64,000 nucleotides of DNA, taken from the IMG/VR virus record IMGVR_UViG_3300031953_000001; one strand, 5' to 3'. The notes beneath the pieces were generated by a model, which saw nothing but the letters and a program-made list of their open reading frames with translations, searched no databases and had not been told where the DNA came from. This document shows, piece by piece, positions 54,807 to 63,736 of this stretch. Every line of letters begins with the position of its first letter. Position 1 is the stretch's first letter. Both the position numbers and the translations under genes were made by a program. The stretch comes from a virus. Its lineage: Duplodnaviria; Caudoviricetes.

Positions 54807-55961
54807 TTAAGTGAAATTTGGGGCGTTGGTGGACAGCAGTGAACTGTAATCTGCAAAGCTAGCGTATGAGGTAACGTTACTCACATCCCAGCCTTTGATG
54901 TACTGATTGAACGCGGAGGCGAAGTTGAACATTTGCCTCATGTTCGTTACGCTACCGACGTTCCAGTTGTTCAGGGGTTGGTTGAAGACACTGGCTCGGT
55001 TGAACATGCCCTCCATGTTAATAACCTGACTGACGTTCCAACCGCCGATGGCGCCATTAAACGCACCCGCTTGTCTAAACGTATCCGTCATAGTTAATAC
55101 GCTACTCACGTCCCAACCACTGATGTCTTGGTTAAAGACGTTAGTTGACTTGAACATGTACGCTATACTCACCACACCACTGACATCCCAAGCGGCCAAC
55201 GGCTGGTTGAACGCATAAGCAAGTAAGAACATCGACGTCATGTCCACTACGTTGCTCGTGTCCCAGTGATTGATGTTGCTGTTAAAGTTAGTGGCGCTGT
55301 AGAACATCTGAGCGCAGCTTGCGCCTGGTAAAAAGGTCGGGCCATCGCTGGCGCTGATCACAAACCCAGTTCGCCGAGCAAACATCGCCTGAGCCGAAGC
55401 GAACTCCACCTCACCCCATTGCATCACGTCTTTGAGTTGCTGTTGCGATTCGACTAATGGGTTAGTGAAACCATTGATCGTACCGTGAACTTCTACGGTG
55501 TATTGGCCGGGTGTCGAGTAGTCGTGTGAGGCAGCTCCAGTGAACGCCTGAATTTCTGACCCATCGCCCCAGTCGATGGTGACGTCACTGCCTGTGGCAA
55601 AGGACAGAATCACGTTGGTCGCACCGCCGGCCGTACCCTCGGTGTCCACCAGTAATTTCATACCGTCACCGAACAGACGTCCGGTGCGGAGGATGGTGGC
55701 GATGTCGTCGCGAACCAACGCGTTCATGGCCGCAGGGCGGCTGAACAGTTGGTCGTCATTGGTAACCGTAGGGTCGTCTTGTTTGACCTGAGAAATCAGC
55801 TTAGCGTACTCATCTCCTGTGGCTATGGCCAACGCTTTAGCGTCATCGAGTGCCTGTTGTGTGATGGTGCTGGTGCTGAAATCCAACACGGCTTGCTTGT
55901 AATCGTCGATTGCGGTATTGAGTTCGGCTCGTTTTACATCCAGGTCGTTCAGGGTCGCCAT
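54807..55961 (-). CDS. BspA/DUF285 repeat surface protein, paralog of 21468-22682
   Basis: FNxxIxxWDVSxVxxMxxMF repeats; identical GSDVTIDWGDG motif; shared N-terminal module. Confidence 0.9.
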   Translation of the reverse strand: MATLNDLDVKRAELNTAIDDYKQAVLDFSTSTITQQALDDAKALAIATGDEYAKLISQVKQDDPTVTNDDQLFSRPAAMNALVRDDIATILRTGRLFGDGMKLLVDTEGTAGGATNVILSFATGSDVTIDWGDGSEIQAFTGAASHDYSTPGQYTVEVHGTINGFTNPLVESQQQLKDVMQWGEVEFASAQAMFARRTGFVISASDGPTFLPGASCAQMFYSATNFNSNINHWDTSNVVDMTSMFLLAYAFNQPLAAWDVSGVVSIAYMFKSTNVFNQDISGWDVSSVLTMTDTFRQAGAFNGAIGGWNVSQVINMEGMFNRASVFNQPLNNWNVGSVTNMRQMFNFASAFNQYIKGWDVSNVTSYASFADYSSLLSTNAPNFT

Positions 55962-56012
55962 ATCAAATTCCAGTGTGGTGTCATTAGGGGGTGATCATAG
56001 AATGTTGGATTA

Positions 56013-56759
56013 TCAACCGGGAGGTTTGGGGGGGATAGAGACACTGGAACCAAAGTGTGTGATGAACCATTTCCAACTCAAATCCACGAAGATCGCCTCC
56101 CAGGTTTCCACGGGCGTAGGACTTGTCCCATTCGGGTCGATGTTTTGAAACATAGCGTTGATGGCCACGTCAGAGATGGCGTCCGAGTATTGAGTCAACA
56201 ACACATTTACCTTAGCGGCGTCCAGTGGCCAAGCTACGTCGAGGATGTCAGGTTCAGCTTCCAATCGAGGCGAGCTGGCGGGTGTCGGTTCAGGCGTGGC
56301 AAGCGGGTCGGCGACTATGAAGTCGTCGTAATAACTCAAAGGTCGACTGAGGGTGGTTTCAATAAACCCACCCATAACGAAAATGGCTTTGGCGTTGCTG
56401 TTGACCAAGGTGCTGGCATCGCCTGCCCCGTGACCGTAATGTACCGACAAGAACCCAAACAATCCGGAAATGACGTTCTTCACCGTCTGAGCAGGCAAGG
56501 GGGCGTGATTGACATACCCCATCAACGCTGTATTAAAGACGAGCCAGTAAGGTGCGTACTCCACACTGCCCGCTTGGCGATCGGATCGATCGTAGGTGTA
56601 GGCCTCCATGGCCAGTAATTTGTGATAAAACGGAAGGTCGTACTCACCAATGCGGGCATCGATCTTTGATTCAAGGTGCGGTATGACCAATCCCAACGAC
56701 TGCAACTGAGTGCGCAGCGCCTCGTCGGCGATGTCGGCGTACGGAATGGTGGCGGGCAT
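56013..56759 (-). CDS. hypothetical protein
   Basis: AGGAG RBS; 248 aa; follows the PAAR-like gene. Confidence 0.65.
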   Translation of the reverse strand: MPATIPYADIADEALRTQLQSLGLVIPHLESKIDARIGEYDLPFYHKLLAMEAYTYDRSDRQAGSVEYAPYWLVFNTALMGYVNHAPLPAQTVKNVISGLFGFLSVHYGHGAGDASTLVNSNAKAIFVMGGFIETTLSRPLSYYDDFIVADPLATPEPTPASSPRLEAEPDILDVAWPLDAAKVNVLLTQYSDAISDVAINAMFQNIDPNGTSPTPVETWEAIFVDLSWKWFITHFGSSVSIPPKPPG

Positions 56760-56760
56760 G

Positions 56761-57066
56761 TTAATCTCCTGTGGTAGAATCGGGGGAGCCGGTGGTCAGT
56801 ATGTAGGTGCCGCCCGGCAATAAACCAAGATCGCCAATGCGATGCACGCCTTGGCCTTCGGCTCGGGTGGTCTGTGAGCTGCCAGAGACGATGCTCACGT
56901 GACCGCACGTCGATAACCCTAGGCTGAGTCGGGTCGTCACTGGGATGCCGTTAGCGCCAACCGTAGCCGCCCCTGTGACCATGGTGGTGATTATGCCGAT
57001 GGTGCCAGGATGGGGAGAACAGGTCCCTATCCCAATGTCTCCGATACGTCCAGGGGGTTTGCTCAT
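56761..57066 (-). CDS. PAAR-like baseplate spike tip protein
   Basis: RIGD..G.C..H, V.ANG.PV, CGH, EG.GVHRIGD; directly after the spike gene. Confidence 0.75.
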   Translation of the reverse strand: MSKPPGRIGDIGIGTCSPHPGTIGIITTMVTGAATVGANGIPVTTRLSLGLSTCGHVSIVSGSSQTTRAEGQGVHRIGDLGLLPGGTYILTTGSPDSTTGD

Positions 57067-57077
57067 GGGGTGCCTCA

Positions 57078-58739
57078 CTAAGCGTAGTAGTTTGTAAGAC
57101 CGGGTGTGTATTTGCCGTTCAACATGGTTAGCAGTTGCCCGCGCTGATGGGTTTTGATGGGGTCAAAGCTGATGTGCAACCAAATAGAGTTGCCGTGTTC
57201 AAAGATCAGCTGGTCGCACGGTAGGTTCTCAGCAATCCATTCGGCCACCTCCATGTACTTCTGAGACGACCACCCAGCCCCTTGAATGTCGGCGGCTTGA
57301 CCGCGGGTGTGTTGACTGGCGCCATTTCCCACGCGATAACCGGAGTTGACCGTGAAGTCCCCAAATTGATCGGCGGTGGGCTGCAGTATCTTTTCAGCCA
57401 AGTGTTCCAAGTTAGACACAAGGTCTTGAACGCTTAACCCCCCCTGCGCTCGGATAGAATGAGGGAAGACCGCTTGGGCTGACAACTCCCCGATGGTGAA
57501 CTGAGTTGACCCTAAGCGAAGACTGTAGTCTACCCGCACGCCGATCTCGGTGGTGCTGGTCAATTCCCCAGTGGGCTTTTCCGTTGACTGCTGGGTTGAG
57601 ACTACTTTAGCCTCACCGGTGTACCCGCTCGGTTTAGTGTCCGGCGGATAGAAGGATGGAATCGAGTCGATCTCCCCTTCCTCGTCCAAGACCGCAAACC
57701 GCCCTGCGCTTTGTCGAAGCGTGGCGGTGGCTTTGATGCCGTACTCTTTACTCAGAGGTACCGGGTCGGGACGGACAATCGCCACAGGCGTCGGCTCTGG
57801 TCCTTTGGTGCCGTCTTGAATAGCGCCTGTGTCCACCACAGGGGCCATGCCTGCTTGGAAGTTGACACCAACCCCATCCATGGCCACAGCCCCGTCAGAC
57901 AGCACTGTGTGGCCGCCTGCGTGATAGTGCCCAGCCTCGCCCAGCACCACTTCGGTCTTATTGCCGTTGCACAACACGTTCCAATCCCCGCCGACAAACT
58001 GGTTTAAATTGCCTTCAACGTAATGCAACATGTCGCCGCCTGAGGACGCTTGCATGACATCGTCACTGCGTACCCGCACTTTGTCTTTGGCGTAGCCGTA
58101 CATCCGAGTCTTTTCTAAGGTGACTTCGGTCATGTCCTTGTTGATGGCCTGAATCTTGGTCTTGGCCGAATCCAAGGTTACCGTGTTGCCCACCTGGTCG
58201 GTCAAAAAGAACTTACCCTTGGCCGTATCCAGCTGCATGGTGTATTCAAAAGGCTCGCCGTTGGCTTGGGTGGTGTGCAAGGTCAAATGTTTGCCGTGGG
58301 TGGAGATCTCCAAGGAGTACATGTTCTCTGGCAAACTCAATGATACCTTCTCATCGGAGGTGGCGCTCCAGGCGTAGATGACCGTCTCCAGGCGACGTAG
58401 GTCATCGTCTATGCCCATGGGACTCCAGTAGTACTGATCAACGTCGGCGTATTGCCAGATCAGCAGGTGCTCCCCGCGGCGAACGTCGGGAGAGCTGACT
58501 CGGTTGCTGCCCCAAGGTAACCATCGCGCTGTGAGCGTGCTGGAGGTGTTGAGTACCACCGAGTAATCCACTCCGTTTTTATCAACGCCACCCACTTCGG
58601 TTTGCGTTAACGCCTCAATCAAGTCGCCGTCTACCCCAGGCACCAATTCGATGGGGGTGATGGGCAACTCGTGACTGTCGAGCGCTTTGTTTTCTGCCGC
58701 GACTCCGATGGAGACCACGCGCAGTTTGGATTTGAACAT
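57078..58739 (-). CDS. baseplate hub/spike protein (gp5/VgrG-like) with C-terminal M15 zinc peptidase domain
   Basis: N-terminal A.WLP...NR.SSPDVRRGE OB-fold, beta-helix repeats, then SGYR...SQHTRGQAAD...WLHISF. Confidence 0.8.
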   Translation of the reverse strand: MFKSKLRVVSIGVAAENKALDSHELPITPIELVPGVDGDLIEALTQTEVGGVDKNGVDYSVVLNTSSTLTARWLPWGSNRVSSPDVRRGEHLLIWQYADVDQYYWSPMGIDDDLRRLETVIYAWSATSDEKVSLSLPENMYSLEISTHGKHLTLHTTQANGEPFEYTMQLDTAKGKFFLTDQVGNTVTLDSAKTKIQAINKDMTEVTLEKTRMYGYAKDKVRVRSDDVMQASSGGDMLHYVEGNLNQFVGGDWNVLCNGNKTEVVLGEAGHYHAGGHTVLSDGAVAMDGVGVNFQAGMAPVVDTGAIQDGTKGPEPTPVAIVRPDPVPLSKEYGIKATATLRQSAGRFAVLDEEGEIDSIPSFYPPDTKPSGYTGEAKVVSTQQSTEKPTGELTSTTEIGVRVDYSLRLGSTQFTIGELSAQAVFPHSIRAQGGLSVQDLVSNLEHLAEKILQPTADQFGDFTVNSGYRVGNGASQHTRGQAADIQGAGWSSQKYMEVAEWIAENLPCDQLIFEHGNSIWLHISFDPIKTHQRGQLLTMLNGKYTPGLTNYYA

Positions 58740-58819
58740 AATGCCGCTCCTAAAATGTTTCTTTCATTACATTAATGAGTCACAGTATAGATTGAGACAC
58801 CCGCCGCACCTACTTACAA

Positions 58820-61297
58820 GTGAGCGCTATGTACATTAAGAAAGTGATCCTCAACGGATACAAGCGTATTCTACTCAGCGACATCAGATCGCTGACCATC
58901 ACCATGGACAGTGTCTTTCAAGTGATCCTGGGCACCAATGGCAGCGGTAAGAGCTCGTTGCTGCAAGAGTTAACGCCTTTGCCTGGAGACCCTAAGGATT
59001 ACCTCAAAGGAGGCAGTAAAGAGATTCACATCCAGCACAACGGCCATGACTACGTGATGACGTCCGAGTACAACGGGGCCAAGCACCATCATTGCTTTTT
59101 GAAAGACACCGAAGAGAAGAACGACGGTCACACCATCACCGTGCAACGGGAGTTGGTGCGTCAAGAGTTTGGTATCACCGAAGAGATCCGCGACTTGCTG
59201 ACTGGGGGGTTGCGCTTTACTCAAATGTCCCCCACCAAACGACGTGAAGTCATCACCCAAATGTCCGACACCGATTTGACCTACGCCATGGGGATCTACA
59301 AGAAACTGGCCACCATAGCGCGCGACAACCAAGGTACGGTCAAACACATCCGTCAGCGCATTGCAAAAGAGACGGATCAGTTGCGTGCTTTGGGCACTCA
59401 AGACGACATAGAGTCGGACGTAAAGAAGCTGCAAGACGAGCTCACCACCTTAATGGAGCACCGTCGTGCCGATCTACCTCAGTCGAGAGACGTGGAACGT
59501 CGCTTAGAGGCCACGCTAAGCTCCGCAGATGCTATTGCTCATAAGATCCTGACCTATCCCTACCGGGAAGGTGAAGCCCAGTACGGGTCCTTAGAGACCC
59601 TCACAGAGGCTACTCGAGAAAGACGCTCTCAAATACAAAGTAAGCAAGAGCTGTTGAGTCATCAAACCAAAGAACACGACAAGCTGGCGTCCTTGGTCGG
59701 ATCGCTCGGTGAGAGCGGTGTGGGGGATTTAACGGAGTTGGCTAAGAAAGCCGAGACCTTAACGGCTCGCATCGCTGCAGAGGATGCTAAGTTGGGGGAG
59801 TTCCGCTTCACCGACGACGTGAGCGACCTAGTGCCTGTGGCGCAATCGATCAAGCTGCAACTAACCGAGATTCTCAACGAGCTACCGGACAACGCCGAGC
59901 GGCGGTTCTCACGGGCTCAGTTGGAGTCGGTGGAGCAGGCCTTAAAAGAGATGCGTTCAGTGGCGGACACCAATGCCTCCAAAGCGTCTCGATGCAGCAA
60001 AGAGATTGACCACATCTTAAGCACCAAAGAGAACACCTGTCCTAAGTGCACTTACGTGTGGCGCGATGGCGTCAGTGAGGGCGATGTGGTGGTGTTGCAG
60101 GCTCGGCGTAAAGAGTACGAGGCCGCGGCTGCAGACGCCGAGGCGGCGTTCAAGGCCCACTCCGAATACCGGGAAGCCATCCATCACTACGCACATCACT
60201 TTGGGCGCATTCGAACGTTGGCCCACGCTTACCCCAAAGCCAAGAACCTGTTCGACTGGTTAATGGAAGACGATCGCATCTATCACGCGCCAGCGCAATA
60301 CATCCCGACGATCGACCGATGGATGCGGGATCTGTACATCACCGGGGAATCTCAACAGCATCAGAAAGAACTGAAGATGGTGAACGAGACTTTGGCGAAA
60401 GCCCAGATGCTCAGCGACACCAACGTGGATCACATCGGCGATACTCTGCAGGACCTGCATCGTCAGATTCAAAGTACCAGTGAGGAGGTGCGTCAAGGTA
60501 AAGTAGAGCTTGGGGCTCTGGAGAAGCGTCAAACTCACGCAACGAGAGCCGAAGGGTGGGGGCAGCAGTTGACTGAGCTGTATCAGCAGATACAACAAGA
60601 CCACGGGGTGATGACCGAGTGTTTGAAATCGGAGACCTTGGCGCGGTTGATTCGAGGACATCAATCGGAACTGGCGATCAAGACGCAGAAACTTAACGAG
60701 AAAGAATCGGTGGTGGGGATCATCAAGGATCTGGAGAAGTCCTTGGCCGAGGTGGATCGTGCGCACGAGACGCACAAGTTGCTGTGTAAAGCCTTGTCAC
60801 CCACCGATGGGGTTATTGCTGAGCAGATGACGGCGTTCATCGCCTGTTTGACCGATCAACTCAACGACATCCTGGAGCAGATCTACACTTACCCGTTGAA
60901 GATCTACCCGTGCGGTTACGATTCCGGGGAATTGGATTATAAGTTTCCATTGGTCGCAGGCGATGATCAAGTCCATGCCCCGGACATCAACAAGGGGTCT
61001 GAGGGACAGCAAGAGATCGTTGACTTTGCGTTTAAACTGATCGCGTCTTTATACTTGGGGTTTAACAACTACCCTCTGTACTTGGATGAGGTCGGGCAGA
61101 ATCAAGACGAGACGCACCTGACCAACGTGATGAACTACGTTAAGATGTTGATCGACGCCGACCGTCACAGTCAATTGTTCATGATCAGCCATTACGCCCA
61201 GGGACACGGAAGCTTTACCCAAGCCGATTACCTGGTGCTGAACGGAGCAAACATCAGTACCCCGCAAAGACACAACGAACACGCCATACTGGCTTAA
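58820..61297 (+). CDS. sbcC: SbcC/Rad50-like SMC ATPase
   Basis: Walker A GTNGSGKS, coiled coils with central CPKC hook, signature GSEGQ, Walker B LYLDE, ISH. Confidence 0.92.
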   Translation: MSAMYIKKVILNGYKRILLSDIRSLTITMDSVFQVILGTNGSGKSSLLQELTPLPGDPKDYLKGGSKEIHIQHNGHDYVMTSEYNGAKHHHCFLKDTEEKNDGHTITVQRELVRQEFGITEEIRDLLTGGLRFTQMSPTKRREVITQMSDTDLTYAMGIYKKLATIARDNQGTVKHIRQRIAKETDQLRALGTQDDIESDVKKLQDELTTLMEHRRADLPQSRDVERRLEATLSSADAIAHKILTYPYREGEAQYGSLETLTEATRERRSQIQSKQELLSHQTKEHDKLASLVGSLGESGVGDLTELAKKAETLTARIAAEDAKLGEFRFTDDVSDLVPVAQSIKLQLTEILNELPDNAERRFSRAQLESVEQALKEMRSVADTNASKASRCSKEIDHILSTKENTCPKCTYVWRDGVSEGDVVVLQARRKEYEAAAADAEAAFKAHSEYREAIHHYAHHFGRIRTLAHAYPKAKNLFDWLMEDDRIYHAPAQYIPTIDRWMRDLYITGESQQHQKELKMVNETLAKAQMLSDTNVDHIGDTLQDLHRQIQSTSEEVRQGKVELGALEKRQTHATRAEGWGQQLTELYQQIQQDHGVMTECLKSETLARLIRGHQSELAIKTQKLNEKESVVGIIKDLEKSLAEVDRAHETHKLLCKALSPTDGVIAEQMTAFIACLTDQLNDILEQIYTYPLKIYPCGYDSGELDYKFPLVAGDDQVHAPDINKGSEGQQEIVDFAFKLIASLYLGFNNYPLYLDEVGQNQDETHLTNVMNYVKMLIDADRHSQLFMISHYAQGHGSFTQADYLVLNGANISTPQRHNEHAILA

Positions 61298-61301
61298 CCC
61301 A

Positions 61302-61334
61302 AGAGAGGGACCTAAGGTCCCTCTCTCTATGCCG
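61302..61334 (+). terminator. hairpin + TATGCCG element
   Basis: AGAGAGGGACC-taa-GGTCCCTCTCT then CTATGCCG. Confidence 0.75.
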
Positions 61335-61359
61335 TTTTGACTGTGATCCGAGCGAATCT

Positions 61360-61378
61360 CAAACCTATATCACACAGG
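61360..61378 (+). promoter_or_regulatory. putative early phage promoter motif (second exact copy)
   Basis: CAAACCTATATCACACAGG identical to 14495-14513. Confidence 0.6.
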
Positions 61379-61431
61379 TGAGTTGGTTCCACGAACCGCA
61401 TACCCCATACCCTATAGAAAGGAATTCCCTT

Positions 61432-61629
61432 ATGTTGAACAAAATCATCATCGTTATATTTCTCAGTGTGATCGCGTTTGGAATCGGCGATCTTCTAATT
61501 GCCAATCATCATCCACTGCTGGGTCTGTTCACTACCCTGGCCGCCGGTTTAGGACTGATCAACGGCTTAGTGTTGGTCGTGTTGATGGTTCTGTGTGGTG
61601 AGTTTCAATTGTCCAGTTTTACCGATTAA
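61432..61629 (+). CDS. small two-TM membrane protein
   Basis: AAGGA RBS; two hydrophobic helices. Confidence 0.6.
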   Translation: MLNKIIIVIFLSVIAFGIGDLLIANHHPLLGLFTTLAAGLGLINGLVLVVLMVLCGEFQLSSFTD

Positions 61630-61654
61630 TGCGATACCGGCTAGGAGAACGCCC

Positions 61655-61963
61655 ATGTCCACTAAAACCAATAACTATTCAGATGCTAAACGTACAGACC
61701 ACGGCGTTGATGTCGCAGCCCACGTCTTGTTGACTGCACGGGTTCGATACGTCACTAGCAAAGTTAAGCACCAAAGGCTGGATTACTTCAAGTTAGTTAC
61801 TCAACTCAATCTGGCGGGCAATGACGCCGATGCCGAGCGCGTTGCTCGACTAACCGAACAAGTCTCCGCTGCCTACGAAACTCTGAACCAAACCAGAGAC
61901 GCCCTAGGTAAACTCCAAGGTCTTCTTAACGAAGTGTCAGAACGGTTGGAGTCGAGTCAGTAA
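61655..61963 (+). CDS. hypothetical coiled-coil protein
   Basis: AGGAGA RBS before ATG 61655. Confidence 0.6.
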   Translation: MSTKTNNYSDAKRTDHGVDVAAHVLLTARVRYVTSKVKHQRLDYFKLVTQLNLAGNDADAERVARLTEQVSAAYETLNQTRDALGKLQGLLNEVSERLESSQ

Positions 61964-61975
61964 CAGTATGAGCGT

Positions 61976-62371
61976 TTGATCGGTTATCCCACAAACTTTA
62001 GGAGTGGTGTTATGATTGTTAATACAGCGTATCAAGCCAACGCGTTATTAGAAGACAAGAACCATCAACTGATAGCGCGAGCCATCACGTTCTATGTTCC
62101 CAGTGCGTTTTATTTGTCGAACCATCACCGGCGACTGAAACTGTTGTCAGCGGTTGAATCGCATTACCAGTTCCAGGGACGCGTGATGTCGTTGATGGTG
62201 GCGGAACAAACCGATATCGGTAAACAGATCGTCTCCATTCGCCGAGACCCTAACAGCTCAATTGGTGAACTCCAGGTCAATCGTTCGCCCACATTGGCCC
62301 CGGGTTTCCGTTTAGGCGGTGAGGTTATTGCCATCGCCGTTGACACGGTAGAGAATTCTATTCTTCACTAA
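61976..62371 (+). CDS. hypothetical protein (start probably about 62012)
   Basis: AGGAG upstream of the internal ATG. Confidence 0.55.
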   Translation: MIGYPTNFRSGVMIVNTAYQANALLEDKNHQLIARAITFYVPSAFYLSNHHRRLKLLSAVESHYQFQGRVMSLMVAEQTDIGKQIVSIRRDPNSSIGELQVNRSPTLAPGFRLGGEVIAIAVDTVENSILH

Positions 62372-62383
62372 GGGAAGGCCGGC

Positions 62384-62998
62384 ATGAACGCAATCGTTAA
62401 ATCGTACGACGGGGACGTCTTCAATCTGTTCAGTTACAACCCCGAAGACTTAGACCAGATCGCCCTGTATCGAAACTCTGTGGTGGGACGTCTGATTCAC
62501 CATCCTTACATAGAGCGGTTCGACGTGCTCGATCGCTATGTGAGCGATTGGACGTTTCAATGGGTCGCCACTTTGGGTAAAGAAAATCACGGGGTGTTGA
62601 TCTTAAAGCCCACTAATCGACGCACTAAGCAATTGGTGGTGGTTGGACGTGCTATCCGACTGATCCGAGAGTTTGGGGTGGATGCACACACGGCAGAACG
62701 CTTAACCCAAGCCATGTGGGGGGTACGTCATGCCTCTAATGAAGAAGTCCTGGGGTTGATCTGCGACAGCCTTACCCCTGGGATTTGGGACGACTTTGAC
62801 GCAAACCCAAGAGAGTGGGTGCGTCAACGTCTGTCGTCCACAGAGAACGGCTGGGACCGCATGCGCTCACTGCACGTCGATAAGATCGCCGCGGCCAAAG
62901 ACGTGGTGGTGGCGTATCATGAGTTGTGTTGCGGTGAACGCATCGGTCCGTCGTTTCCCCGCAGTCTGCTTACTGAGGCTCTCAGCGACCCGTCGTAG
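62384..62998 (+). CDS. hypothetical protein
   Basis: 204-aa ORF followed by a terminator. Confidence 0.65.
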   Translation: MNAIVKSYDGDVFNLFSYNPEDLDQIALYRNSVVGRLIHHPYIERFDVLDRYVSDWTFQWVATLGKENHGVLILKPTNRRTKQLVVVGRAIRLIREFGVDAHTAERLTQAMWGVRHASNEEVLGLICDSLTPGIWDDFDANPREWVRQRLSSTENGWDRMRSLHVDKIAAAKDVVVAYHELCCGERIGPSFPRSLLTEALSDPS

Positions 62999-63017
62999 CG
63001 AATGGGGCGCTAGTGTT

Positions 63018-63042
63018 GAGAGGCTTCGGCTTCTCATTTTTT
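63018..63042 (+). terminator. intrinsic terminator
   Basis: GAGAGGC-TTCG-GCTTCTC-ATTTTTT. Confidence 0.75.
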
Positions 63043-63086
63043 GTCAAGAGGGCCTTAAAGTATGAGACTATTTCGAGGAAATCCCC

Positions 63087-63710
63087 ATGTTACGTAGAAC
63101 TCCGATCGTTCGTCAGATGGCAGATGCACTTGCCATCGCGGCGTCCTATACGCAAGAAGATAAGAACGACGAGATTGAGCGGGTGTATTTCGTCAGGTTC
63201 AGTGACTTTACTCAACTCAGTTCAGCGCCACACGTCGAAGAGCACGAGCAGTGGGAATATCGGTTGTTTGAAAACGACAAACCGATAGGCACCCTACGCT
63301 CCCGCAGCATCGATCAAGGCGATTCTTACGAGTTGACCATCAAGACCTACCGCAAAGGCGACGTAGGTTCGATGGAGTGCAACTTGGCGGGCACTCAAGA
63401 CATGCACGAGACGGTAGCGGCTTTGGCTGACCGGGTACTGAGGAAGATCCGGTATGTGTATCGGGTACCGGTGACTCACAACGGAGTCGAGTTGGATCTT
63501 AAGTGGGAGATCGACGTCTTTAAGTTACCGGATGGCAGCTTCTATCCGTGGGTTAAGGTGGACTTGGAAGTGCCCGACCCGGCGGTACAAGCTCCTGCTT
63601 TTCCGTTTCAGTACGAAGAGATCATCGACGCCAGTTACGACCGCACACTCACCGCCGACGAGAAACGCACCATTGACGCGTTGTTCGTTGCCGTCAAAGC
63701 CGATCACTGA
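63087..63710 (+). CDS. CYTH/triphosphate tunnel metalloenzyme-like protein
   Basis: EIER (ExE), ELTIK, RKIRY, WEIDVF, VDLEV. Confidence 0.7.
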   Translation: MLRRTPIVRQMADALAIAASYTQEDKNDEIERVYFVRFSDFTQLSSAPHVEEHEQWEYRLFENDKPIGTLRSRSIDQGDSYELTIKTYRKGDVGSMECNLAGTQDMHETVAALADRVLRKIRYVYRVPVTHNGVELDLKWEIDVFKLPDGSFYPWVKVDLEVPDPAVQAPAFPFQYEEIIDASYDRTLTADEKRTIDALFVAVKADH

Positions 63711-63736
63711 CGGCAGTATCTATTTGGAGCAACACC

